NCBI GenBank assembly: GCA_047602405.1
Contig: JASGHJ010000001.1
Location: 608,001 to 672,000 of the forward strand
Length of the DNA: 64,000 bases
Direction of reading: 5' to 3'
From: Anaeromyxobacteraceae bacterium
GTDB lineage: Bacteria > Myxococcota > Myxococcia > Myxococcales > Anaeromyxobacteraceae
The translations under genes and the position numbers were made by a program. Under the pieces are notes generated by a model. That model was not told the DNA's origin. It made no database searches and worked only from the letters and a program-made list of their open reading frames with translations. Shown one piece after another: positions 50,958 to 60,988 of this stretch (positions within the stretch are counted from its first letter, which is position 1; every line of letters begins with the position of its first letter).

Positions 50958-51167
50958 TCAGTCCGCCCAGCTCAGCGCGAGCGCGCCGAGGAGGACGAGC
51001 GGCGTGAGCACCGCGATCCCGACGACCGCGAGCTCCACCCCCACCGCGCCCAGCGCGACGGTCGAGGCGATGGCGAGCAGCCAGGTGGCGTCGCGGGTCG
51101 CGTCGCTCACGAGGCGGGTGTGGTCGTGCAGCCAGACGTGCGAGAGGGACTGCGCGTGAACGCTCAT
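50958..51167 (-). CDS. small hydrophobic protein
   Basis: ATG after GGAGAG; C-terminal hydrophobic hairpin. Confidence 0.5.
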   Translation of the reverse strand: MSVHAQSLSHVWLHDHTRLVSDATRDATWLLAIASTVALGAVGVELAVVGIAVLTPLVLLGALALSWAD

Positions 51168-51370
51168 GGTCTCTCCGGTCCTCCGTCGAGTGGTGGCTCC
51201 GGCCACCATCACGCAGGGTGATGAGGAAGGGAGGGTGGCCGAACGCCTCGCCTCACCGAGGGCGAGGCCAGGCGCGCGCGCGAGGCCGCGCGCGGCGCGG
51301 CGTCGCCGGGGCGCCGAGGGGGCACCCCCGGAAGGCCCGGGCCCTCCGCGCCGGGATTCGGGGCCCGGCG

Positions 51371-52093
51371 CTACGGGTGCCCGCGCCGGCCGCCGTGTCC
51401 GGGCTCAGCGGCGCCGCGGCCCGGGTGCGGGCGGGGGGCGGCCTGTCCGGGCTCCGCCGCGTGCGGGCGCGGGTGCGGGCGCGGGCCGGCCTGGCCCGGA
51501 CGCGCCGGGTGCGGGCGCACCGGCGCGGGCCGGTGCTCGCCGACGCCGGTGCGGTAGTACGCCGGCGCGTGGGACCAGCCGCGCGGACCCCAGCGTCGCG
51601 GGCCCATCCAGCCGCGGTACGGACCCCACCCGCGGTAGGCGCCCCAGCCCCAGTAGCCGCCGACGCGGAACCACGGCCGTGACCACCACGAGAACGCCAC
51701 GACGCCGCCCGGGCCCCAGTACGGCTGCGGGCCGTAGCCATACACCCACGGTGCAACGACCCATCGCCAGCCGTAGGCCGGGTAGAAGACGAACGCCGAC
51801 GGGAAGAGCTGCGGGTCGCCCGGGATCGCGTAGTACTGCGGCTCGTAGGGCATCCAGAGCCAGCCGTACTGCGCCGTGTAGACCCAGCGGCCGACTGCCG
51901 GGGCCGGCGCGGCGGGGGCCGGCGCGGGCGCGGCCTCGGGCACGGCGGGCGGCTGGGCAGGCGGAGGCGGCGGCGCGTCGGCGGGGGCCGAGGTGGCGGG
52001 CGGCGCGGGCTCGGGCGGCAGCGGCGGCGCACCCTGGGACCGCGCGAGCGCGGGCAGGGCGGCGAGGAGGACGGCGATCGAGACGCGCGACAT
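51371..52093 (-). CDS. exported Pro/Gly/Trp/Tyr-rich hypothetical protein
   Basis: AAGGAG RBS, signal peptide, GRWVYTAQYGWLWMPY, WRWVVAPWVYGYGP. Confidence 0.7.
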   Translation of the reverse strand: MSRVSIAVLLAALPALARSQGAPPLPPEPAPPATSAPADAPPPPPAQPPAVPEAAPAPAPAAPAPAVGRWVYTAQYGWLWMPYEPQYYAIPGDPQLFPSAFVFYPAYGWRWVVAPWVYGYGPQPYWGPGGVVAFSWWSRPWFRVGGYWGWGAYRGWGPYRGWMGPRRWGPRGWSHAPAYYRTGVGEHRPAPVRPHPARPGQAGPRPHPRPHAAEPGQAAPRPHPGRGAAEPGHGGRRGHP

Positions 52094-52395
52094 GGCGGCT
52101 CCTTCCTTCCGTACCTTCAACACCTGTCGGGGCCGCGTGTCGCGGGGTCGACCCACCCGGGGCTGCGCCTTGGCGCAGCAGGGGGCGGAAGAGCGCGTCC
52201 CCCGACGACCCGCGGCCGGACCGAAGGCGCATCTCGGCTCCGGCCTCGAGGCGTCGCCCGGGGAGGCCTGGCGCTGGACCTGGGTGGAGCCGAACGTGCT
52301 GCGCGCCTCGACAATGTCGCGCCGTCGTCATGCCAAGCGTGCTTCGATGTGCGCTGGCGAGCGACTGCCGTCGTCGGGCTGGAGGGGCTCTCGAG

Positions 52396-52974
52396 ATGAG
52401 CAGCATATCGAAAGACGACAAGGCGCTGGCCAGCGCGATCGCGGCGACCTTCGGTGGAGTCCCGCGGGTCACGCGGTACTACGATGATCCCCGGACCCAC
52501 TCGATCGACATCTTGCGCGCGGTGGACCGCCCGCAGGCGGGAGTGACGAGCTGGTCGACCGTAGGGCTGTACAAGTCACCGCTCTACCTTCGTGACAACG
52601 AGTACCCTGCGCGAGTCGAGATCGTCGGGGCGTGCGGGTCGGCATTCGAGGATTTCGGAAGCGTCCTCGCCACAGCCGCGTTCAACATCGCAAAGGATCG
52701 CTGGTTCTGCGCGCCAGGGGTCATCTTCCCTGACGTCGTCAAGATGTACCGGCCAAGTGGCACGATGCGACACGGCCTGTTCGTACCTCCGTTTCTCTGG
52801 GACTCGTTGCGCACGCTCAAACTTGGCGGTCGCGATGTCGCTTTCTTGCTGCTCGTGCCCATCTCCGAGGGCGAGTGCAAGTTGGCGGAAGCGGAAGGGC
52901 CAGCGCAGCTCGAGGCGCTGTTCGAGAAGGAACAGATCGACATCTTCGACATCGACCGCCCCTCGGCCGTGTGA
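52396..52974 (+). CDS. Suppressor-of-fused (SUFU) domain protein, immunity-protein-like (YqcF-like)
   Basis: GGAGG RBS; YYDD...SIDIL, SWSTVGL, RVEIVG, PGVIFPD, PPFLW, LLVPISEGE, DIFDIDRPS; codon usage less GC-skewed than neighbours. Confidence 0.75.
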   Translation: MSSISKDDKALASAIAATFGGVPRVTRYYDDPRTHSIDILRAVDRPQAGVTSWSTVGLYKSPLYLRDNEYPARVEIVGACGSAFEDFGSVLATAAFNIAKDRWFCAPGVIFPDVVKMYRPSGTMRHGLFVPPFLWDSLRTLKLGGRDVAFLLLVPISEGECKLAEAEGPAQLEALFEKEQIDIFDIDRPSAV

Positions 52975-52986
52975 TCTCGACGGCAA

Positions 52987-53235
52987 GTGACTCATCGCGC
53001 GACCCTCGCGTTTGCAGCACCGAGGAGTTCATCGTCCACCGCGGTCGAGAAGTACGGCCGGTCGGTGCAGCTCGTCCCGGCCGGCGGCCCCGACGAGCCG
53101 GGCCTCTTCCCGTACACGGTCGGGCCATCGAGGCGTCGAGCGGTTGGACGCACGCCGATGAGGAGGCCCGGGAGCGATGGTCCGCGGATTGTCCGTCGGG
53201 TCGGCCGAACGGACGGTGCTCACGCGCCCGAATGA
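52987..53235 (+). pseudogene. possible decayed DUF4262-like gene fragment
   Basis: VEKYGRSVQLV....EPGLFPYTVG resembles the family N-terminus as I recall it; similarity stops soon after. Confidence 0.35.
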
Positions 53236-53274
53236 CGGCCCGAGTTGCGCCCTCGCGCCCGAGGAAATGTCAGA

Positions 53275-54958
53275 CAGACCTGATTCCCGCTGAGGGGTCG
53301 CGGCGCGGGTACGGCGCCGGCGGCGCTTGAGGTTCCGACCTACTTCGCGAAGGGCACGGCTTTCGTGGCGCGGGTGAGTTCTTCCCCCGGTGGCCGCGGT
53401 TTCCTGATCGGCAAGATCGACGGGCGGATCGGGCCCGGCGATCATCGCCTCCGCGCAATGAGAAGGGGTGGAGCCAAGGCCGGCCCCACCCCCAAGACGG
53501 CCGAACTCGCGCAAACGAGAAGAGGCCGGGAGGCAGGAGATCATGCCGATCACCGAAGCACAAGCCCGGCGTGCGTTGCGGCACGCCGACATCCCCTGGG
53601 ACCGGGAGGTGGACGACCCGCGCGAGGATCCGTGGGTCGTTCACGACCACTACGGTCTGCTCGGCGGCCTCGCCGCCGCGTTCGCCGTGGGCCGGTACCG
53701 GCTGCGGCACGCCGAGAACTTCCTCGCCGATCTTGGCGTGGGCGCGCGTCGCGCGCTCGGCCTCGGCCGGCGGACGCCGAGCGACACGACGCTCTACAGG
53801 CTGCTGGCCGGGCAGGACGCGGCGGGTTTCGAGGAGACCGTCTTCGCCCAGGTGAAGGACCTCGTCGCGCGGAAGGTCGTGAAGCACGACCGGTTCCGCG
53901 TCGGAGTCGTGAGCTTCGACGGCAAGGGCACCTGGTCGCGGACCGACGGCGAGCCGGTCGAAGGCGCAAAGCGGGCGGTCGACGATTTCCACGGGGTGAC
54001 GATCCAGAGCTTCGGCGCGATGCGCGCGGCGCTCACCTCGTCGTCCGTGTGCCCGTGCGTCGGGCAGAAGGTCATCGGCTCCAAGGAGGGCGAGGTCCCC
54101 GCCTTCCGCGAGCTCTTCCCACGCGTGTGCGAGGCGCTGGGAGAGCGCTTCAAGATCATCACCGGCGATGCGGGTCTGTGCGCGCGAGAGAGCGCCGAGC
54201 TCGTGGCCGAGCGCGGTCGCTGGTACCTCTTCACGCTGAAGGGAAACCAGCCTCACCTGCACGGCCTCGCGAGCGACTTCCGCTGCTACGAGATGGGCGT
54301 GCCGCTGGCGCGGACGACGGACCGGTACCGCGGTCACAGCGTCGTGCGGGAACTCTACGCCGTCGACGTCGCGGGCAGCCGCATGGTCGACATCGCCGAC
54401 GCTCAACAGCTCTGGTACGTCTGCCAGACTACCTACGCACCGAACGGCGGGTGCGTCGCCGTCGAGCAGCGGTACTTCGTCACCTCGATCCCCTCGCGCA
54501 CCTTCTCGCGCGGCGAGGAACTCGCCCTCGTGCGCCTGCACTGGGCCATCGAGAACGGCTGTCACTGGGCGATGGACGTCGCGCTTCGCGAGGACGAGGC
54601 GCAGCCCTGCCAGGTGAGCCGAGCGGCCATCGAGGCCGTCAGCTGGCTGCGCATCATCGGCTACAACGCCGTCAGCGCCTGGCGACAGCTCGCACCGCAG
54701 AAGGACCGAAAGCCCATCAGCTGGGAGCGCGCGAAGGAGACCCTCCGCGACGCGCTGGTGCTCGCCGGACGCGATCACCTCGAGCCGCTCTCAGCCGACA
54801 CCTGAACCCACGGCCGGCCGCCGTCCCCCCTCCTCCTTGCGCGCGACAACCGAGAACGTCCCCGGCCCTCGGCCGCTGCCGACCTTCGTCTTCACGTCGC
54901 GGCAGGACCCTTGAACCGGCAGACGTACCTGAACCCCACCGAACGCGGATCAGGTCTG
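53275..54958 (+). mobile_element. ISAs1-family insertion sequence, 1684 bp
   Basis: TIR CAGACCTGAT (53275-53284) / ATCAGGTCTG (54949-54958); 10-bp direct repeat AAATGTCAGA at 53265-53274 and 54959-54968. Confidence 0.9.
53543..54805 (+). CDS. ISAs1-family transposase
   Basis: PSDTTL, SFDGK, ITGDA, TLKGNQP, HWAIENGCHWAMDVALRED; AGGAG RBS. Confidence 0.9.
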   Translation: MPITEAQARRALRHADIPWDREVDDPREDPWVVHDHYGLLGGLAAAFAVGRYRLRHAENFLADLGVGARRALGLGRRTPSDTTLYRLLAGQDAAGFEETVFAQVKDLVARKVVKHDRFRVGVVSFDGKGTWSRTDGEPVEGAKRAVDDFHGVTIQSFGAMRAALTSSSVCPCVGQKVIGSKEGEVPAFRELFPRVCEALGERFKIITGDAGLCARESAELVAERGRWYLFTLKGNQPHLHGLASDFRCYEMGVPLARTTDRYRGHSVVRELYAVDVAGSRMVDIADAQQLWYVCQTTYAPNGGCVAVEQRYFVTSIPSRTFSRGEELALVRLHWAIENGCHWAMDVALREDEAQPCQVSRAAIEAVSWLRIIGYNAVSAWRQLAPQKDRKPISWERAKETLRDALVLAGRDHLEPLSADT

Positions 54959-54976
54959 AAATGTCAGACCCCTGAG

Positions 54977-54993
54977 CTATACATGCGTTCAGA
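54977..54993 (+). promoter_or_regulatory. myxobacterial-type LexA (SOS) box
   Basis: CTATACATGCGTTCAGA matches 16 of 17 positions of the Myxococcus xanthus consensus CTRHAMRYBYGTTCAGS; abuts ATG 54994. Confidence 0.7.
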
Positions 54994-56991
54994 ATGAACG
55001 CGGGACACCCCACTGCCGCAGGGCCTTCCGGGTCGTCACCCGCGGTGGCGTCGCCCGCCGCGGCGCCGCCCACCGGGTCCCCGCGCCCCGCGCGCCGCCC
55101 GCGGGGCGACGACGCCTTCCTCGCCCGCCTCGAGGCGCGCGCGGCCGCGGCGAAGGGCGAGCCGTCGAAGCTCGTCCTCTCGCGTGCGGACGGGAAGCGG
55201 CTCGTCGCGCTCGCGGTGAAGCTGGCCCGCGGGCACGGCCCGGAGGACCTCCGCGTCGGAGAGGGGCTGTGGACGCTCCGGCCTCACGATTTCAAGCTCG
55301 GCTACAACGGCATCGGCGACCTCGCCCTCGACCGGCTGGGGATCGATCCCGCCCACGCGCGGTGGCTCGCCGGCCTCGCCGAGAAGCTCGCCACCCGGCC
55401 GCTCATCCGCGCCGCGGTCGCCTCGGGCGAGCTCTCGATGCGCAAGGCCGAGGCCATCGTGGACGCGGCCGTCGACGAGAAGCTCGAGGCCTACTGGCTC
55501 GGCCGCGCGAGGCTCGAGCCGGTCCGGGAGCTCGAGCGGCTCACGAAGCCGGGGACGAACCCGTACGACGAGGGCTGGCGGGATGTCGTGGCCCGGCTCG
55601 AGGACCCCGTCCACCGGGAGCACGTCGAGTACGCCTTCGAGGTCGCCTCGGTGATCCTCGGCGACCCCGACGCGCCGAAGTGGAAGGTCATCCGGGCGCT
55701 CTGCATGGAGTTCCTCGGGGGTCATCCGGTGCCGGTCGCTCCGGGTGCGGACGCCGGCGAGGGACCGTCAGTTGTGGCGCGTCCGCCCGAGGGACCGTCA
55801 GGTGTGGCGCGTGGGCCGGAGGAGGCGGGGGCTCCGGTGCCCGAGGCCACGGGAACGACGGGAGCGCCCGAAGCCGGACCGTCAGGTGTGGCGCGCAGTC
55901 CGGCGGTTGAACCGTCAGGTATGGCGCGTGCCGCTGCGGCGCGCCTGCCCCCGCCGCCCTGCCCATCGCCCCAGCAGCTCCTCCGCGAGCTCGCGCGGCT
56001 CCAGAAGGCCCGCCTCCCCGACGAGGAGCGGTTCGGCCGGGCCATCCTGCTCGTGCGCGTCTTCCGGGCCTACCGACTCGCAGGCGCCCGGACGTTCGAG
56101 GTCTTCTGCGTCGAACAGCTCGGCGTCGCCCCGTCGACGGCCCGCCAGCGCATGACCCTCGAGCGGAACCTCCGCGCGCTCCCCGAGCTCCGCGAAGCGC
56201 TACGCACCGGCGCCCTCTCCTACGAGCAGGCCCGCGCCGTCGCGAAGGTCGCCACCCCCGCGGACGTCGCGCCGCGCATCGTCGCGGCCGCGAAGAAGCC
56301 CGCCATCGAGACCCGCCGTGAGGTGCAGCAGGAGCTGGACCAGCAGATGTGGCGCGAGGGGACGGTCAAGGCTTCGGTCCCGCGCGACGTGGACGAGCTC
56401 TTCGCCGAGGCCCTCCTCTCCGCCCGGCTGCGCTCCGGGCCGGGGCTCTCCCCCGGGCAGGCGCTCTTCCTCATGAGCTTCCACTTCACCGATGTCTGGG
56501 AGCCGCTCGCGCTCGACCTCGTCCTGAAGGCCGATGAGATCAAGCTCCGTGACGGCGGCCGCTGCCAGGTCCCCGGCTGCTCCCACCCCGCGGAGCACGT
56601 GCATCACGTCCGCTTCCGGTCACAGGGCGGCCGTACCACGGGCACCAACCTCGTGAGCGTGTGCTCGGCCCACCACCTCATCGGCATTCACAAGGGGTTC
56701 ATCCGCGTGTCCGGCACCGCCCCCGGCGGCCTCGTCTGGGAGTTCCTCGGCCGCGACTCCGAGGAGATCGCGCTCCTCTTCCCGGAGGACCCCGCCGAGC
56801 GTGACGAGGGTTCCCAGGCTGGGGCTTCGGTGATGGAGCCCGCCGCTTCGCCCGCCGCTCCGGCCAGAGCCACGGCTCCCTGGCGCAGCGAGGACGGTGA
56901 ACCTTTGGGCTTTCCTACCCGATGCCCTTCGCCTTGCGGATCAGGTCGCAGAGCTCGCGCACCGCGCCGCGGCCACCCTTCGCGGTCGTGA
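54994..56991 (+). CDS. HNH endonuclease with duplicated DUF222-like helical regions
   Basis: RDGGRCQVPGC...HVHHVRFRSQGG...NLVSVCSAHH; two similar segments (RAAVASGELSMRKA / REALRTGALSYEQA); 3' end overlaps convergent kdsC. Confidence 0.8.
   Translation: MNAGHPTAAGPSGSSPAVASPAAAPPTGSPRPARRPRGDDAFLARLEARAAAAKGEPSKLVLSRADGKRLVALAVKLARGHGPEDLRVGEGLWTLRPHDFKLGYNGIGDLALDRLGIDPAHARWLAGLAEKLATRPLIRAAVASGELSMRKAEAIVDAAVDEKLEAYWLGRARLEPVRELERLTKPGTNPYDEGWRDVVARLEDPVHREHVEYAFEVASVILGDPDAPKWKVIRALCMEFLGGHPVPVAPGADAGEGPSVVARPPEGPSGVARGPEEAGAPVPEATGTTGAPEAGPSGVARSPAVEPSGMARAAAARLPPPPCPSPQQLLRELARLQKARLPDEERFGRAILLVRVFRAYRLAGARTFEVFCVEQLGVAPSTARQRMTLERNLRALPELREALRTGALSYEQARAVAKVATPADVAPRIVAAAKKPAIETRREVQQELDQQMWREGTVKASVPRDVDELFAEALLSARLRSGPGLSPGQALFLMSFHFTDVWEPLALDLVLKADEIKLRDGGRCQVPGCSHPAEHVHHVRFRSQGGRTTGTNLVSVCSAHHLIGIHKGFIRVSGTAPGGLVWEFLGRDSEEIALLFPEDPAERDEGSQAGASVMEPAASPAAPARATAPWRSEDGEPLGFPTRCPSPCGSGRRARAPRRGHPSRS
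55764..55929 (+). repeat. four 19-bp direct repeats, consensus ACCGTCAGGTGTGGCGCGT, inside the HNH gene
   Basis: Copies at 55764, 55794, 55878, 55911 with at most 1 mismatch each; gaps of 11, 65 and 14 bp. Confidence 0.9.
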
Positions 56992-57526
56992 CGAAGTGCG
57001 CGGCGGCCTTCGCCTCGGGCATCGCGTCGGCGGGGCACGCGGAGAGGCCGACCTTGCGCAGCAGCGGGACGTCGTTCACGTCGTCGCCCATGTACGCGAC
57101 CTCGTCGTCGGCGACGCCGAGCGCGCCCAGCGCGGCGTAGCCCTCGAGCTTGTCGCGCTGGGCGAAGACCATGTGCTTGAAGCGGAGCTCCTCGAGCCGC
57201 TTCTGCGTCGCCCTGCCCGGCCGGCCGGAGATGACGCCGAAGTCCACGTGGTCGCGGAGCAGCACCACGCCGTGGCCGTCGCGCACGTCGAACGCCTTCA
57301 GGGCCTCGCCGTCCGGGCCGTAGTAGAGCCGCCCGTCGGTGAGCACGCCGTCGACGTCGAGGAGCACGAGCTTGATCCGCGCGGCGCGGCGCACGAGCTC
57401 CTGGGGCGGGATGCGACTCCGTGACCCGGAGGGTCCCTCGACTCCGGCCCGGCCGGCGCCGGGCCTACGCTCGGGACGAACGGAGGCGCGAGGCTTCGAG
57501 CTCTGAGGAGGGGCCCGGCGCTTCAC
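56915..57526 (-). CDS. kdsC: KDO-8-phosphate phosphatase (HAD family)
   Basis: LLDVDGVLTDG, KAFDVRDG, YMGDDVND, GGRGAVRELCD; GTG overlaps the kdsA stop. Confidence 0.9.
   Translation of the reverse strand: MKRRAPPQSSKPRASVRPERRPGAGRAGVEGPSGSRSRIPPQELVRRAARIKLVLLDVDGVLTDGRLYYGPDGEALKAFDVRDGHGVVLLRDHVDFGVISGRPGRATQKRLEELRFKHMVFAQRDKLEGYAALGALGVADDEVAYMGDDVNDVPLLRKVGLSACPADAMPEAKAAAHFVTTAKGGRGAVRELCDLIRKAKGIG
57433..57483 (-). repeat. REP-like palindromic element, copy 2 (in the kdsC 5' region)
   Basis: Minus strand CCGTTCGTCCCGAGCGTAGGCCC...CCGGAGTCGAGGGAC shares both conserved blocks with 42485-42534. Confidence 0.75.
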
Positions 57527-58347
57527 GGGCGCCTGACCGCCGCGCGGATGGCGAGGACGTCGGTGAGCACGGCGTCGGCCATCGCGAAGTCGAGCGAGTT
57601 CGGGCCGTCCGACTTCGCGACCGACGGGTCCTCGTGGATCTCCGTGAAGAGCGCGTCGATGCCGACCGCGGCCGCCGCGCGGGCGAGCGGGGCGACGTAC
57701 TGGCGCTCGCCGCCGGTGGTGTCGCCGCCGGACCCCGGCAGCTGCACCGAGTGCGTCGCGTCGAGGCAGACCGGCACGCCGAGCTCGCGCATGATCACGA
57801 GCGACCGCATGTCGACGACGAGGTTGCCGTAGCCGAAGGTGGCGCCGCGCTCCATGAGGAGCACGTCCTTCTGCCCGACCTCGGCGCACTTCGCGACGGC
57901 GTGGCGCATCTCCTTCGGGGCGAGGAACTGGCCCTTCTTGATGGAGACGCTCTTCCCGTGCTTCGCGCAGGCGAGGACGAGGTCGGTCTGGCGGCAGAGG
58001 AACGCCGGGATCTGCAGCACGTCGACGACCTTGCCGGCCTGCTCCGCCTGCCAGGTCTCGTGCACGTCGGTCGTGCAGGGGAGCCCGGTCTCGCGCTTCA
58101 CCGCCTCGAACGCGGCGAGCGCCTTCTCGAGGCCGATGCCCCGGTAGCTCTTGCCCGAGGAGCGGTTCGCCTTGTCGAAGCTCGCCTTGAAGACGGCGTT
58201 CACGCCGTGCTTCTCGGCGAGCGCCTTCACCTTGCGGGCGTGGGCGAGCGCCTGCGCCTCCGACTCCATCACGCACGGCCCGGCGATGAGCAGCAGCTTC
58301 TGCCCGTCGCCGACGGCGTGCCCGCCGATCCTCGAGAGCACCGCCAT
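57523..58347 (-). CDS. kdsA: KDO-8-phosphate synthase
   Basis: IAGPC, KASFDKANRSS, QIPAFLCRQTD, KKGQF, DATHSVQ, SDGPN. Confidence 0.96.
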   Translation of the reverse strand: MAVLSRIGGHAVGDGQKLLLIAGPCVMESEAQALAHARKVKALAEKHGVNAVFKASFDKANRSSGKSYRGIGLEKALAAFEAVKRETGLPCTTDVHETWQAEQAGKVVDVLQIPAFLCRQTDLVLACAKHGKSVSIKKGQFLAPKEMRHAVAKCAEVGQKDVLLMERGATFGYGNLVVDMRSLVIMRELGVPVCLDATHSVQLPGSGGDTTGGERQYVAPLARAAAAVGIDALFTEIHEDPSVAKSDGPNSLDFAMADAVLTDVLAIRAAVRRP

Positions 58348-58350
58348 GGG

Positions 58351-60793
<2,443 letters not shown>

Positions 60794-60988
60794 ACCGGGA
60801 GCCCAAACTAGACGGCGCGATCCCCCGAGTCAACGGCCGACCGATGCGGGACGACCGAGCGTACGCGCCGTACCACCTTCGTGCTGCGTGGGCGGGGACT
60901 TGGGGTGCGGCGTGCGGTTCCGTACTTCCCGGTTGACGCGGGGGCGCCGATGGGAGGTGTCCGGAAACCGTGCGTTTCCGCGGCGGCG

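Noticed and set aside
55764..55929. HNH internal repeats as a CRISPR array
   Set aside because: Repeats are only 19 bp, spacers are irregular (11, 65, 14 bp), all lie in frame in a CDS, and no cas genes are present.
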